A stretch of DNA of 64,000 nt from an uncultured Planctomycetota bacterium. GTDB taxonomy: Bacteria > Planctomycetota > Planctomycetia > Isosphaerales > Isosphaeraceae. The notes under the pieces are model-generated. The model worked only from the letters and a program-made list of their open reading frames with translations, was not told the origin of the DNA and made no database searches. Below are positions 53,776 to 64,000 of the stretch, in pieces. Numbering within the stretch: position 1 is the stretch's first letter; every line of letters starts with the position of its first letter. Where the stretch lies: NCBI GenBank assembly GCA_963737655.1, contig CAVTTN010000002.1, forward strand, positions 6,752,001 to 6,816,000. Direction: 5' to 3'. Position numbers and translations under genes: made by a program.

Positions 53776-53995
53776 GAGAGGCGGCCCTCCTCGGCCCGCG
53801 ATCGGTCCCGTTCGGAGCGATCGGAGGGGGGGCGGGGCCGACCTTCGGAGGGTCGTCGCGGGGGGCCGCGATCTTCATCGGAAATCCACGTCTTTTTCGC
53901 CGAAAAGCACATCGATTCTTCACGGTCGCCGGCTAAATTGCTCGATCCCCCGCGAGTTTTCCCGCCTGATGGCCCAGTTTCCAAGGATCCCGAAA

Positions 53996-55096
53996 GTGCA
54001 CGCAACCCCCGTCCGGAAGTCGCGACGCGGCTTCACGCTGATCGAGCTCCTCGTGGTGATCGCGATCATCGGCGTGTTGATCGCCCTGCTCCTGCCGGCC
54101 GTGCAAGCGGCGAGGGAGGCGGCCCGGCGGGCCCAGTGCACCAACAACCTCAAGCAGATGGGGCTGGCGCTGCACAACTACGAGGGGAGCTTCGGGACCT
54201 TCCCGCTCTCGAACGCCATGGTGCAGAACGGCACGTCGCTCGGGGGACCGTTCTGGACCAACAACCTCAGCGTGAACTCGCGGCTGCTGAACTACATCGA
54301 GGGCGGCAACGTCTTCAACGCGATGAACCTGAGCTTGAAGGACTCCGCCCCCGAGAACACCACGACCTGCGGCCAGTTGATCTCCGCGTTCGTCTGCCCC
54401 AGCGACCCCAACACCAGGGCCTTCAACGACGGCGGCACCGTCTTCGGGGCCGGGAACTACGGCTTCTGCGCGTCGAGCGACTGGTACGTCTTCAGCTGGC
54501 CGAATGCGGCGATCTCGGGGGCGGGCTCCCCCTCGCGGGGCGCGTTCGCGGTCAATCAGGCCCGCAGGCTCGCGGAGTTCACCGACGGGCTCTCGGGCAC
54601 GGCCGTGATCGCCGAGATCAAGACCTACCAACCCTCGATGAAGTGCCCGTCGCTCATCTCCACAGCGAACATCATGAACGTCCCCGGCCCCAACGACCCC
54701 CTGCCGGCCGCCTACACCAGCGGCTGTGCCAAGATCGATGACGTCAAGCACTCCCGCTGGTCCAACGCGGGGGTCTACCACTCGGGATATACCGCGGCCT
54801 ATCCCCCCAACAAGAAGACCGAGACCCTCGTCCCGGCGGGCACGGTGTTCACCTTCCCGCAGGGCGGGGCCGGCAGCTACATGGTCATCGACACCTGGTC
54901 CGGCAATGAGAACGACGGCGGCGCCAACGGCGTCACGTTCGCTTCGTTCGCGGCGCGGAGCTATCACCCCGGAGGCGTCAATGTCCTCTTCGGAGACGGG
55001 TCGGTCAAGTACGTCAAGGACGGGATCGCCGGGAACACCTGGCGGGCGATCAACTCGATCTCCGGGGGCGAGATCGTCAATGCCAGCGAGCTTTGA
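53996..55096 (+). CDS. DUF1559 prepilin-type protein (paralog)
   Basis: Same N- and C-terminal signatures. Confidence 0.95.
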   Translation: MHATPVRKSRRGFTLIELLVVIAIIGVLIALLLPAVQAAREAARRAQCTNNLKQMGLALHNYEGSFGTFPLSNAMVQNGTSLGGPFWTNNLSVNSRLLNYIEGGNVFNAMNLSLKDSAPENTTTCGQLISAFVCPSDPNTRAFNDGGTVFGAGNYGFCASSDWYVFSWPNAAISGAGSPSRGAFAVNQARRLAEFTDGLSGTAVIAEIKTYQPSMKCPSLISTANIMNVPGPNDPLPAAYTSGCAKIDDVKHSRWSNAGVYHSGYTAAYPPNKKTETLVPAGTVFTFPQGGAGSYMVIDTWSGNENDGGANGVTFASFAARSYHPGGVNVLFGDGSVKYVKDGIAGNTWRAINSISGGEIVNASEL

Positions 55097-55122
55097 TCCG
55101 ACCCGCGGACCGCGGGCGACCC

Positions 55123-56622
55123 TCAAGGCACCAGCTGATACGTCACGAAGGCGATCTTCTTGCCGTCGGGCGACCAGCAGGGGACGTTGGCGGTCCCCTG
55201 GCCTCCGAAGATCCGGCCGAGGATGTCGATCTTCCTGGAGGCCAGGTCCAGCCGGCGGAGCGTGACGTCCCGGTCCTCGGGGTGGCCCGTCACGTCCTTC
55301 GGGTAGGAGAGGAAGACGATCGATCGGCCGTCGGGCGAGGGGTGCGGGAACCAGTTGTTGAAGTCGTCGTCGGTGACCGGTTCCTGCTCCGAGCCGTCGG
55401 CCTTCATCGTCCAGACCTGCATCCGGCCGGACCGCTCGGAGTTGAAGACGATCGATCGGCCGTCGGGCGTGAATTCGGGGCCGTCGTCCAGGCCCTTCGC
55501 CGAGGTCAGCCGGGTCTCGGGCCCGCCCTCGGCCGGGATGGTGTAGACGTCGAACTCGCCGCCCCTCTCGGCGCAATAGGCGAGCGTCTTGCCGTCGGGC
55601 GACCATCCGTGCCAGTATGAGGGGCCGTCGGGGGTGATCCTCTGGGGCGTCCCTCCGTCGATGGGGAGGGTGTAGATCCGCGACTTGCGGTCGCCCTGCG
55701 AGCCGTCGCTGATCGCGAGCGATCGGCCGTCGGGCGAGACGCCGTGGTCGTTGTTGCAGCGGGTGGCGAACCCGGTGTCGATGGGTTTCGGCTCCCCGCC
55801 CGAGGCCGGGATCTTCACGATCCGGCCTCCCGAGTTGTAGATCAGCGATTGGCCGTCGCGGAGCCAGTTCGGCGCCTCGATTCGCGAGGGCGTGACGAAC
55901 ACCACCCGGCGATCGGTCGAGGCCATCGTCTGCGTTTCGAGGGTGCTGAAGAGCGTGGGCTTGCCCGTCGAGGCGGGCAGGGGGGACCTCACGATCACGT
56001 TGGAGAACCTGGCCGTCTCGACGACCTCCGCGTTGTGGGCGCACACGCCCAGGCCGACCAGGAACGGCTCCTTCAGGGCGATCCTCACCGCCGCGCCGGA
56101 GAACTTCACGTCCTTCTCGCTCGAACCCAGGAACATTCTCACATAAGACCCGCGTTTCTCCAGGCGGAGGCGCGAGGGGGCGGAGACGTTGGCCTGGACC
56201 TCGTGGGTGAGGTCGCCGGAGGTGTCGCGGAACTGGAGGGACGTCAGGCCGTCGCCGTGGAGGGCCGCATCGACGTAGGCCGAATCGGCGCCGAGGCCCT
56301 GGCGGATCATCAGGCAGGCCTTGCGGTGGGGGTCCGTGCCCCGGCCGACGAACGAGACGTCGGCCTCGATCGCCACGTCGCCCGCGACCTCCTTCCAGAG
56401 GAACCGGAACGCATCCTCGGCGCCCCACATGTTCTTGCCGCTGCCCGAGAGGGTATAGACCTTCGTCGCCGGGTCGAACGCCGAGGAGCCGGCGTGGAGG
56501 ACGGTCCCCACGTCGCCCCGACCGCCGAACTCCCCGACGCGCCCCTCGCCCGCGAAGGCGAAGGCCGGCGCCGCCAGGCCCAGGACGACCGCTCCCAGCC
56601 CCGGTGTGAAACGAGATCGCAT
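55123..56622 (-). CDS. TolB-like PD40 beta-propeller protein
   Basis: Signal peptide; repeated SPDG motifs. Confidence 0.85.
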   Translation of the reverse strand: MRSRFTPGLGAVVLGLAAPAFAFAGEGRVGEFGGRGDVGTVLHAGSSAFDPATKVYTLSGSGKNMWGAEDAFRFLWKEVAGDVAIEADVSFVGRGTDPHRKACLMIRQGLGADSAYVDAALHGDGLTSLQFRDTSGDLTHEVQANVSAPSRLRLEKRGSYVRMFLGSSEKDVKFSGAAVRIALKEPFLVGLGVCAHNAEVVETARFSNVIVRSPLPASTGKPTLFSTLETQTMASTDRRVVFVTPSRIEAPNWLRDGQSLIYNSGGRIVKIPASGGEPKPIDTGFATRCNNDHGVSPDGRSLAISDGSQGDRKSRIYTLPIDGGTPQRITPDGPSYWHGWSPDGKTLAYCAERGGEFDVYTIPAEGGPETRLTSAKGLDDGPEFTPDGRSIVFNSERSGRMQVWTMKADGSEQEPVTDDDFNNWFPHPSPDGRSIVFLSYPKDVTGHPEDRDVTLRRLDLASRKIDILGRIFGGQGTANVPCWSPDGKKIAFVTYQLVP

Positions 56623-56747
56623 GACGGCCCTCTCCCGATCGACGGTGGGTCTTCGGATCGATCCTCGCCCGAGCCCCGATTCTCGGCGCCCGGCGGGCCG
56701 GCCGCAAGACGGCTCGTCCCCAGAGGTTCCCCGGCCCGCCTCCCGCT

Positions 56748-57485
56748 TCACGCGAGGAAGGGAGGGAGGGGCCCTCGGCTCCGGACGTGGCGGAGGAAGC
56801 CTTCGGCGAGGCGGGTTCCGCTCTCGATCCCCCGGAATTTGGCCACCTGGTCCTGGAGGGCGTAGAACCGCTCGGGCGCCTGGCTGGCGTGGGCGAAGCA
56901 GGCCCGGCGCTTCCGGGGCTCCGCGTCGGTGATGTCGAGGTAGTGGGTGGGCGAGAACTGCTGGGTGTCCTCGCCGTTGGAGACTTCGTAGAAGAACAGC
57001 GAGGGCTTGCGGCCCAGTTTCAGCCAGGCGTGGAGGACGAGCATCGCGGCGGCCCGGTGGTCGGCGTGGTCGTCGATCGGCCAGTGGGTGAAGAGGGCGT
57101 CGGGCTTCTCGGGTTCCAGGATCTTGAGGAACGCCTCGGAGTGGGACGGATCGACGACCGAGGCGCCGTCGACCTGCCCGGCGAACACGGGCCGGGCCTT
57201 GAGGATCTCGCAGGCGAGGCGGGCCTCGGCCACCCGGGTCCCGGCGGGGATTCGGCGAGGCCCGGCGGGCTCGCCCTCGTTCAGGTAGAGCACGACGACC
57301 TCATGGCCGGCGTCGGTCCATCGGGCGATGCTCCCTCCGCAGCCGTATTCGGGGTCGCCGGGATGGCCCCCGACCACGATCAGCTTGAGCCTGCGAGCCG
57401 GATCGGCGGGAGGCCCGGCCCATCCCGAGGCCGCGGCCAGCCCCCCGGCCCGGCCGATCAGGGATCGTCGCGAAATCGGCGGCAT
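56748..57485 (-). CDS. PIG-L family deacetylase, Tat-type signal
   Basis: [18 protein letters not shown]. Confidence 0.85.
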   Translation of the reverse strand: MPPISRRSLIGRAGGLAAASGWAGPPADPARRLKLIVVGGHPGDPEYGCGGSIARWTDAGHEVVVLYLNEGEPAGPRRIPAGTRVAEARLACEILKARPVFAGQVDGASVVDPSHSEAFLKILEPEKPDALFTHWPIDDHADHRAAAMLVLHAWLKLGRKPSLFFYEVSNGEDTQQFSPTHYLDITDAEPRKRRACFAHASQAPERFYALQDQVAKFRGIESGTRLAEGFLRHVRSRGPLPPFLA

Positions 57486-57564
57486 GGGCGGCGGGCCTTC
57501 GGGGGGCGGAGGAGATGGCGGGCCAATGGCGGGACGGGCTGCCATTGGCCCGCCGATGCCGGTC

Positions 57565-58710
57565 TCACCCGCCCGCCTTCGGCCGGGCGTAGGAAAGCGC
57601 CATCAGGGCATAGGACGTGACGAGGTTCGGGTCGCCTTCCATGAAGCTGTCGGCCTTGTTCACCCAGCTGCCGGACGGGTCTTGCCGCTTCGCGAGTGCC
57701 TCGACGAGTTCGGCCCTCCAGTCGTGGCCCTTGCCCGAGGCGTCGGTGAACTTCGGCTGGCCGAGGAGGGCCATCGCCTTGGCGAAGGTCTGGTAGTAGT
57801 AGTACAGGCCCTTCTGGCCCATCCCGGGGTTCTCGTCCAGGCTGTAATTCTTGGCGATGTAGGCCAGGGCGGCCTTGACCCGGGGGTCGTCCGGCTTCAG
57901 CCCGGCGTAGATCATGCTCTTGAGTCCGGCGTAGGTCATCCCGGCGTAGGAGCGGAGGCCGCCGTCGTCGGTCTTCCCGGCCATGCTCTGGCCGCCGTTG
58001 GCGGCGGTGTAGACGAACCCGCCGTCATTGACCTTGCCGGCCCAGGGCTGGTCGTTGAACTCGCTCTTGAGGTTCTGGCACCGCGAGACGAAGACCAGGG
58101 CCTTCTTCATCGCGGGGTCGTCGGCGGGCAGGCCGCTGTCTCGCAGGGCCTCGATCATGAAGGCGGTGTTGGAGAGGTCGGGGCGGCTGTTGCTTCCTCC
58201 GTAGCCGGCCCCTCCGTAGAAGTCGCTGTCCGGGCCCTTGCCCTCGGACTCGTCCCACTGCTTGCCGGTGAGGAACTTCTGGCCTCCCTTGAGGAAGGCG
58301 TCGTATTTGCCGTCCCGGTTCGCCTCCTGGAAGGCCATCAGGGAGATCGCGGTCGAGTAATTGGCGTGGGCGGCCTCGGACAGCCCGCCCTGGGGGCCGA
58401 CGAACTTCTCCAGGTAGCCCAGCGCCTTGGTGATGACCGGCTCGTTCGGCGCGACCTGGCTCGATCGCAGCAGCGCGGTCACGACCAGGGCCGTGATGCC
58501 CGGCTCCTTGCGGTCGGGCGACCAGTTCCCCTCGGCCGCCTGCCGGGGGCGGAGGAACGCCACGGCCTTCCTCGAAAGCGAGTCGATCGACGGGGCGGGG
58601 TCGTCGGCGAACGCCTCTCGACCGGCCAGGGCCGCAATCCCGAAGGTGCCGGCGCCGAGGCCGAGGCCCAGGCCGAGGAACTGGCGTCGCGAGGGCAGGG
58701 GGGACGTCAT
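57565..58710 (-). CDS. Prenyltransferase/squalene-oxidase repeat protein, Tat signal
   Basis: SRRQFL; Q..G.W repeats, DLSNT, DGGFVY. Confidence 0.85.
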   Translation of the reverse strand: MTSPLPSRRQFLGLGLGLGAGTFGIAALAGREAFADDPAPSIDSLSRKAVAFLRPRQAAEGNWSPDRKEPGITALVVTALLRSSQVAPNEPVITKALGYLEKFVGPQGGLSEAAHANYSTAISLMAFQEANRDGKYDAFLKGGQKFLTGKQWDESEGKGPDSDFYGGAGYGGSNSRPDLSNTAFMIEALRDSGLPADDPAMKKALVFVSRCQNLKSEFNDQPWAGKVNDGGFVYTAANGGQSMAGKTDDGGLRSYAGMTYAGLKSMIYAGLKPDDPRVKAALAYIAKNYSLDENPGMGQKGLYYYYQTFAKAMALLGQPKFTDASGKGHDWRAELVEALAKRQDPSGSWVNKADSFMEGDPNLVTSYALMALSYARPKAGG

Positions 58711-58860
58711 GGCGGGCGGTCCTCCGGTCGGTCTCGATCGATGGGGTCTCAGTCCGAAGACTCTCGGTCGTCCGGGACCATGATAGCCTGCCTCGCCCCG
58801 CCGAGGAAAGGCGGACGGAGCCGAGGGGAGGGTCGGAGGCCGGGGCGGCCCGGCCGGCGA

Positions 58861-60078
58861 TCAGAGCACCATCCCGTTGAACTTGGCCACCCGTTCGAGG
58901 TCCAGGACGAGCTCTCGGGGGGTCTGGAACCGCTCGTCGGGCCTCTTGGCGAGCATCCGCAAGACGGCCCCCTCGAACAGGTCGGGGATCGAGAGCTGGA
59001 ACTTCTTCGGCTTCACGGGCTCGGCCAGGCGGATCTTCTGGACCGTGTCGACCAGCGAGGTCCCCTCGAACGGCGGCCGGCCGGTCAGGAGGGCGTAGAC
59101 CGTGGCGCCCAGGCTGTAGATGTCGGAGCGGGTGTCCACCGACGCATCCTCGCGGGTCCGCTCGGGGGACATGTAGGCGAGGTCCCCCAGGAGCTGCCCC
59201 GGCCGGGTGACCTGCCGGGCCATCACGCCTTCCAGGGCCTTGGCCAGCATCAGGTCGCCGAGCTTCGCCGCGTTGTCCCCCTTGCGGATCAGGATGTTCT
59301 GGGGGGTGATGTTCCGGTGGATGATGTGGTGTTCATGGGCCGCTTCCAGGGCCCGGGCGATCTGGACGGCCACCGTCAGCGCGTATCGCCAGTCGAGCAT
59401 GCCGACGGTGCCGATCCGGGCGATGACCTTCGTGAGCGGCTCGCCGTCGACGTATTCCATGGCGATCCAGCAGACCGGGCCGTTCTTGCCCGCGCCGTGG
59501 AGGGCGACGATGTTCGGGTGCTTCAGGGCCACGACGGTCTTCATCGCCCGGATGAACCTCTGGAGCTCTTCCTCGTCGTCGGCGTACTCGGGGCCGAGGA
59601 CCTTGAAGGCGACCTCGTGGCCGTCCCGGGTGTCCTTCGCCTTGTAGATGGTGCCGGTCTGCCCCTTGGCGAGGATCGTGCCGACCTCGTAATGGGAGAT
59701 CGTCTGGCCGGTCAGGTCGGTCGGTCCCGGGCGGCCGGGGGGCCGGGCCCCGGGGTTCATCACCTGGGTGCTCTGGTCGTGAGTGCCGGCCGCCACCAGC
59801 TTCAGCCGGGTCGAGCCCAGGGCGATCACGTCGCCGTCCTCCAGGGTCGCCTCGGTGACCTTCCGGCCATTCACGGCCGTCCCGGCGGCGCTGCCGTTGT
59901 CGTGCAGCAGGAACACGCCGGCCATCGCCTGGATCTCGCAATGGACCCGCGAGATCTGGAGGTCCTTGAGCTGGGTCCCGGTGTTCTGCCCCCGGCCGAT
60001 CACCAGCGTCTGACCGTCCTCCAGAGGGAACGAACGGCCCTGGTCCGGGCCCTCGATGACCTGAAGATGACCGAGCAT
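58861..60078 (-). CDS. FHA-domain Ser/Thr kinase-like protein
   Basis: [36 protein letters not shown]. Confidence 0.88.
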   Translation of the reverse strand: MLGHLQVIEGPDQGRSFPLEDGQTLVIGRGQNTGTQLKDLQISRVHCEIQAMAGVFLLHDNGSAAGTAVNGRKVTEATLEDGDVIALGSTRLKLVAAGTHDQSTQVMNPGARPPGRPGPTDLTGQTISHYEVGTILAKGQTGTIYKAKDTRDGHEVAFKVLGPEYADDEEELQRFIRAMKTVVALKHPNIVALHGAGKNGPVCWIAMEYVDGEPLTKVIARIGTVGMLDWRYALTVAVQIARALEAAHEHHIIHRNITPQNILIRKGDNAAKLGDLMLAKALEGVMARQVTRPGQLLGDLAYMSPERTREDASVDTRSDIYSLGATVYALLTGRPPFEGTSLVDTVQKIRLAEPVKPKKFQLSIPDLFEGAVLRMLAKRPDERFQTPRELVLDLERVAKFNGMVL

Positions 60079-60208
60079 GCGTGGACCTCCCGGAGCGACG
60101 CCGAACCCTGGCGATCCGCGGCCGTCGCGGAGTTGTTTTGATCGAAAAAGTTTGATGGAGCGGCGCGAGGAAGTCAAGTGGGGGCAAGGCCCCGGCCGCA
60201 GGTTCTCG

Positions 60209-60904
60209 CTACGGGGGCAGCTTGCCCAGCTCCAGGCTCCGGGCCAGGAGGTCCTTGGCGCGGTCGGGGAGGTCGGCCTTGCGGATCCTGGCGACGGCCT
60301 GGTCGATCGGGTAGCTCATCCTCTTGAGCTCGATCCGGCCGTTGTCGATCACGGCGTAGGCGGCCCGGGGGTCGCCGTCTCGGGGCTGGCCGACGCTCCC
60401 CGGGTTCAGGACGACGGCGTCCCCGGCGACGAGGTTGAACTGGAGGTGCGAGTGCCCCACGCAGACGATGTCCGCCTCGACGTTCTCGACCCGCTTGGCC
60501 CAGACCTCCGGGTCGCGCATCACGTATTCGTCCAGGGGGTCGCGAGGCGTCCCGTGGACCAGGAGGAACCGCTTGCCGTCGAGCGTCAGGCGCCGGGTCA
60601 GCGGCAGTTGGAGGAGGTATTTTCGCTCCTCCTGGCCCAGGGCGGCCCACTGGAGAGGGCGGGTGGCGCGGGTCAAGTAGCGGTAGCCGGATTCCCCCTG
60701 GACCGGCACGCCCTGGGCGACCCCGTGGTCGTGGTTGCCCCGGATGGCGTGGTCGGCGTGCTCCATCGCCCAGCGGACGCACTCGGCCGGGTCGGGGCCG
60801 TAATCGACGAGGTCCCCCAGGCAGAGGCAGACGTCGTGGGGCTCGTCGATCGCCGAGAGGGCGGCGAAGTTGGCGTGGATGTCCGAGACGATCAGGATGC
60901 GCAC
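60209..60904 (-). CDS. Metallophosphoesterase
   Basis: SDIHAN, GDLVDYG, RGNHD, GHSH, NPGSVG. Confidence 0.92.
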   Translation of the reverse strand: MRILIVSDIHANFAALSAIDEPHDVCLCLGDLVDYGPDPAECVRWAMEHADHAIRGNHDHGVAQGVPVQGESGYRYLTRATRPLQWAALGQEERKYLLQLPLTRRLTLDGKRFLLVHGTPRDPLDEYVMRDPEVWAKRVENVEADIVCVGHSHLQFNLVAGDAVVLNPGSVGQPRDGDPRAAYAVIDNGRIELKRMSYPIDQAVARIRKADLPDRAKDLLARSLELGKLPP

Positions 60905-60942
60905 GGGCAGCCCCCGGGGGGTTCGGGACCGCCGTCCCGCCT

Positions 60943-62813
60943 CTAGAGCCACCGATCGGCCCACAGGCCGAACATCAGGAGCGTCCACAACGGCTTGCGA
61001 TGGTCCTTCGAGCCCTCGCGATGCTCGGCGATCATCGCGCCCACGGCCTCGGGGCGGAACAGGCCCAACGCCTTCAGGCGATCCGGGCCGAGGGTCGCGT
61101 CCAGGAGGCCGCCGAGCTCCCCCGGAGCCACCGGGCCACCGGGATGCCGAACCCCTTCTTCGGGCGACCGAGGATCGAGGCCGGAAGCCTACCCTTCGCC
61201 GACGCCTTGAGCAACCTCTTGGTCGTCCCGTTCGCATACTTGAAGCGAGAAGGCAACGCTTCCACCCGGTCCACCAGCCCGGCGTCCAGGAACGGGGCGC
61301 GGACCTCCAGCCCGCACGCCATGCTCGCGCGGTCCACCTTGGTCAAGATATCTTCCGGAAGGTACGTATCCTGATACAGCAAGAGCGACCGACGGAGCCG
61401 ATCGCCCGAACCCGCGGCCCCGGCCGACCTCGCCAGGTGCTGGGCTTCCACGTCGATCGAGGCGCCGTCGGCCAGCAATCGGCCGATCTCCCGGCCCGAG
61501 AACGACCCGAGCCATCGCTGGTGGGCCAGGGCCGCCGGCTCGCCGGCCCCCCGGACGAACTGCTTCAGCTTGAAATCGAGGCTGAAGTTGCGGTGATCGA
61601 CCGGCAGGCGGCCGACGGTCGCCTTCGCCAGCCTCCGGGCCGGCCGGGGCAGCATCCCGTAGACGGCCGAGGCCCCCTCGGCGGCGAACGTCGGGTAGCC
61701 GGCCAGCAGCTCGTCGGCGCCGTCTCCGCCGAGGGCCACCGTCACCTCCTCGCGGGCGAACCGGCTCAGCAGGTGGGTCGGCAGGATCGAGGCGTCGCCG
61801 AACGGCTCGTCGAGCCACCCGACGACCTCCGGCAGGAGGTCCAGCACGTCCCTCGCCGAGAATTTCCGCTCGCGATGGTCCGTGCCCAGCGCCTCGGCCA
61901 CCGTCCGGGCGTGCGACGACTCATCGAAGCTCGGGTCATCGAATCCGATCGAGAACGTCTTGATCCGGGACGGGTGATCCAGCTCGCAGAGGGCCGCCGC
62001 GACGCTCGACGAATCCACCCCGCCGGAGAGGAACACGCCGAGGGGGACGTCCGACCGGCGATGACGGCCCACCGAGTCGCGGAAATCGCCCCAGAACCGC
62101 TCCGCCTCCCCGGCGAACGGCGGGGGGTCGGCCATTTCCCCGGGGGGCGACCAGTAGCGATCGACCGAGGCCCGGCCCTCCTCCCAGACCAGCCGATGCC
62201 CGGCCGGGAGCTTGCTCATCCCCTTCCAGATCGAGCCCGGGGCGGGGACGTATTCATAGAAGAGGTAGCGGGCCAGGCCGTCGGGGTCGAGCGATCGCGG
62301 GACGTCCGGGTGGGCGAGCAGGGCCTTGGGCTCGGAGCCGAACGCCAGCCCCCCGCCGGGCAGCCCGGCATGGAAGAGCGGCTTCTGGCCCATCCGGTCG
62401 CGGGCCAGGACGAGCCTCCGCCTCTTCTCGTCCCAGATCGCCAGGGCGAACATGCCGTTGAGCCGGCGGACGAAGTCGATCCCGTCCTCTTCATACAGAT
62501 GGACGAGGCTCTCGGTGTCCGAGGAGTTCCGGTAGACGTGCCCCCGGGCGATCAACTCGCGGCGGAGTTCGGGCTCGTTGTAGATCTCGCCGTTGAAGCT
62601 GACCCAGACCGAGCCGTCCTCGTTGCCCATGGGCTGGGCCCCGCCGGCCACGTCGATGATCGACAGGCGGCGATGCCCCAGGGCGGCGTTGCCCGAGACG
62701 AACAGGCCGTCGCCGTCGGGCCCGCGATGGGCGAGGGTCGCCGTCATCCTGGCCACGGTGTCGCGGTCGGCCGGCTCGCCCTGGCGATTGACGAACCCCG
62801 CGATTCCGCACAT
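60943..62813 (-). CDS. asnB: Asparagine synthase (glutamine-hydrolysing), frameshift near 61120
   Basis: MCGIAG, HRGPD, NGEIYN, LSGGVDSS, KVDRASM, PKKGF; C-terminus LWTLLMFGLW in ORF 60943-61131. Confidence 0.9.
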
Positions 62814-62951
62814 GACGAGGGCCTTTCGGGGGGCGAGGAGCCGGGAGGACCACCGCGAGCCCGCGTGAATATCCTTCTGTTATAATGCGCCGACCCGCCG
62901 GGCGAATAGCGGGGGCCGGAGTCGCCCATCCACCCCGACCGGAGCCTCCTC

Positions 62952-63428
62952 ATGATTCGTCCTCGGATCACGATCGCGCACCTGATGAGCGGCGTGGCCT
63001 TCGCAGCGATGTTCTTCTGGATCGTGATCCTGGCCAATGGCTCTCCCGGCTACCTCGACCCGGAAATCGCGGTGGCGGTCTACCTGTCGGTCCTGACCTT
63101 CGCCACCCTCCTTTGGAGGTACGGCCCCGAGGCGATCCGGCCGTTCTGCCTGGGCGTGGCCGCGTATGGGTGGGTGTTCCTGGCATTCGGCGTCCACTTC
63201 ATGCTCGGGGACTGGTCGAACGGCTCGAATTCCGGCCTGGCCCGCCGCTGTTTGATCGCCCTTCCCCTGGGTCTTATGGTGGGGATCGCCTCCCAATGGC
63301 TGGTCGTCCTCCGTCGCCGGGAGGGCGACTCCCCGAAGGCCGACGCTCCGCCCGAGCCCTCCCGGTTCGGAGACGGCATCGCGGCGGGCCCGGGCGGTCG
63401 AGTTGATTTGAGGGGGCCTTCCGCCTAG
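62952..63428 (+). CDS. Small membrane protein
   Basis: GGAG RBS; four hydrophobic helices. Confidence 0.7.
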   Translation: MIRPRITIAHLMSGVAFAAMFFWIVILANGSPGYLDPEIAVAVYLSVLTFATLLWRYGPEAIRPFCLGVAAYGWVFLAFGVHFMLGDWSNGSNSGLARRCLIALPLGLMVGIASQWLVVLRRREGDSPKADAPPEPSRFGDGIAAGPGGRVDLRGPSA

Positions 63429-63487
63429 TCTACGGAGGTCGCCCCGCCTCTCGCCGCCCTCCCTTGCGAAGACTTCAGGAGATGCCG

Positions 63488-64000
63488 ATGGCCTCGTTCG
63501 AGCCGATCGACCATTTCGGGCCCGACGAGCCCCCTCGCCCGACCACCCCCCCGATCCGTCGCGGGTTCGTCCTGGTCCTGCTCGGCCTGAGCCTGGCGGC
63601 CTCCCTGGTCTACGGCATCCCGTATGTCGCCGAGCGGACCGGATACGCCTACGAGGCCGGTCGCGCCCGGGCCGCCGGGGAGGCCCTGGCGAAGATGGAC
63701 GAGGCCGGGATCATCGCCAAGAGCTCCAGCCTCTTCCGCCTGGCCGCGGCCCGGGTGGGGCCCGCCGTGGTGAACATCCGGTCGTTCAAGGCGGGCAACG
63801 GCAACGCCCTGGCCGGCCGGAGGCTCGTCCCGGTCGGCTCGGGCTCGGGCGTGGTGATCGACAAGGCCCGCGGGCTGATCGTCACCAATTATCACGTGAT
63901 CAAGGACGGCGAGGAACTGATCGTCCGCCCGAGTCGGGGGGCCGAGCTGCCGGCGAGGGTCCTGGGCGTCGATCCCAACACCGACCTGGCCGTCCTGGAG
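63488..64000 (+). CDS. HtrA/DegP-type serine protease, 5' part
   Basis: TM anchor then PAVVNI, GSGSGVVID, IVTNYHVI, VLGVDPNTDLAVL. Confidence 0.9.
   Translation, partial: MASFEPIDHFGPDEPPRPTTPPIRRGFVLVLLGLSLAASLVYGIPYVAERTGYAYEAGRARAAGEALAKMDEAGIIAKSSSLFRLAAARVGPAVVNIRSFKAGNGNALAGRRLVPVGSGSGVVIDKARGLIVTNYHVIKDGEELIVRPSRGAELPARVLGVDPNTDLAVLE

Overview
GC-rich bacterial DNA with planctomycete hallmarks (two DUF1559 genes, an LEPR-XLL-like signal motif, an ECF sigma factor next to a WD40 Ser/Thr kinase); an Isosphaeraceae-like source is an inference. The centrepiece is a chromosomal integron: intI (25126-26082, -), attI core at 26276 and 19 attC-delimited cassettes to about 42015. Nine attC sites are split at the same nucleotide of the R'' box (GCCT^AAC) by IS110-family elements: two full 1784-bp copies, one internally deleted copy, and six 380-bp transposase-less mini-elements. 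The minis consist almost only of element ends plus a candidate bridge/seek-RNA region. That region carries an attC-matching segment and a donor-matching segment that co-varies with each element's own end. The element end also supplies an in-frame stop that rescues cassette ORFs. Other content: a large serine recombinase element inside a giant secreted protein gene, a GrpE/Hsp70/coiled-coil/TssB-TssC-like cluster, CsrA/BON/USP genes, an RNase plus AAA-ATPase/DUF4276 pair, a DUF1559 tandem duplication and housekeeping enzymes. Several single-base frameshifts suggest indel errors in the assembly. All calls are by eye; no searches were run.
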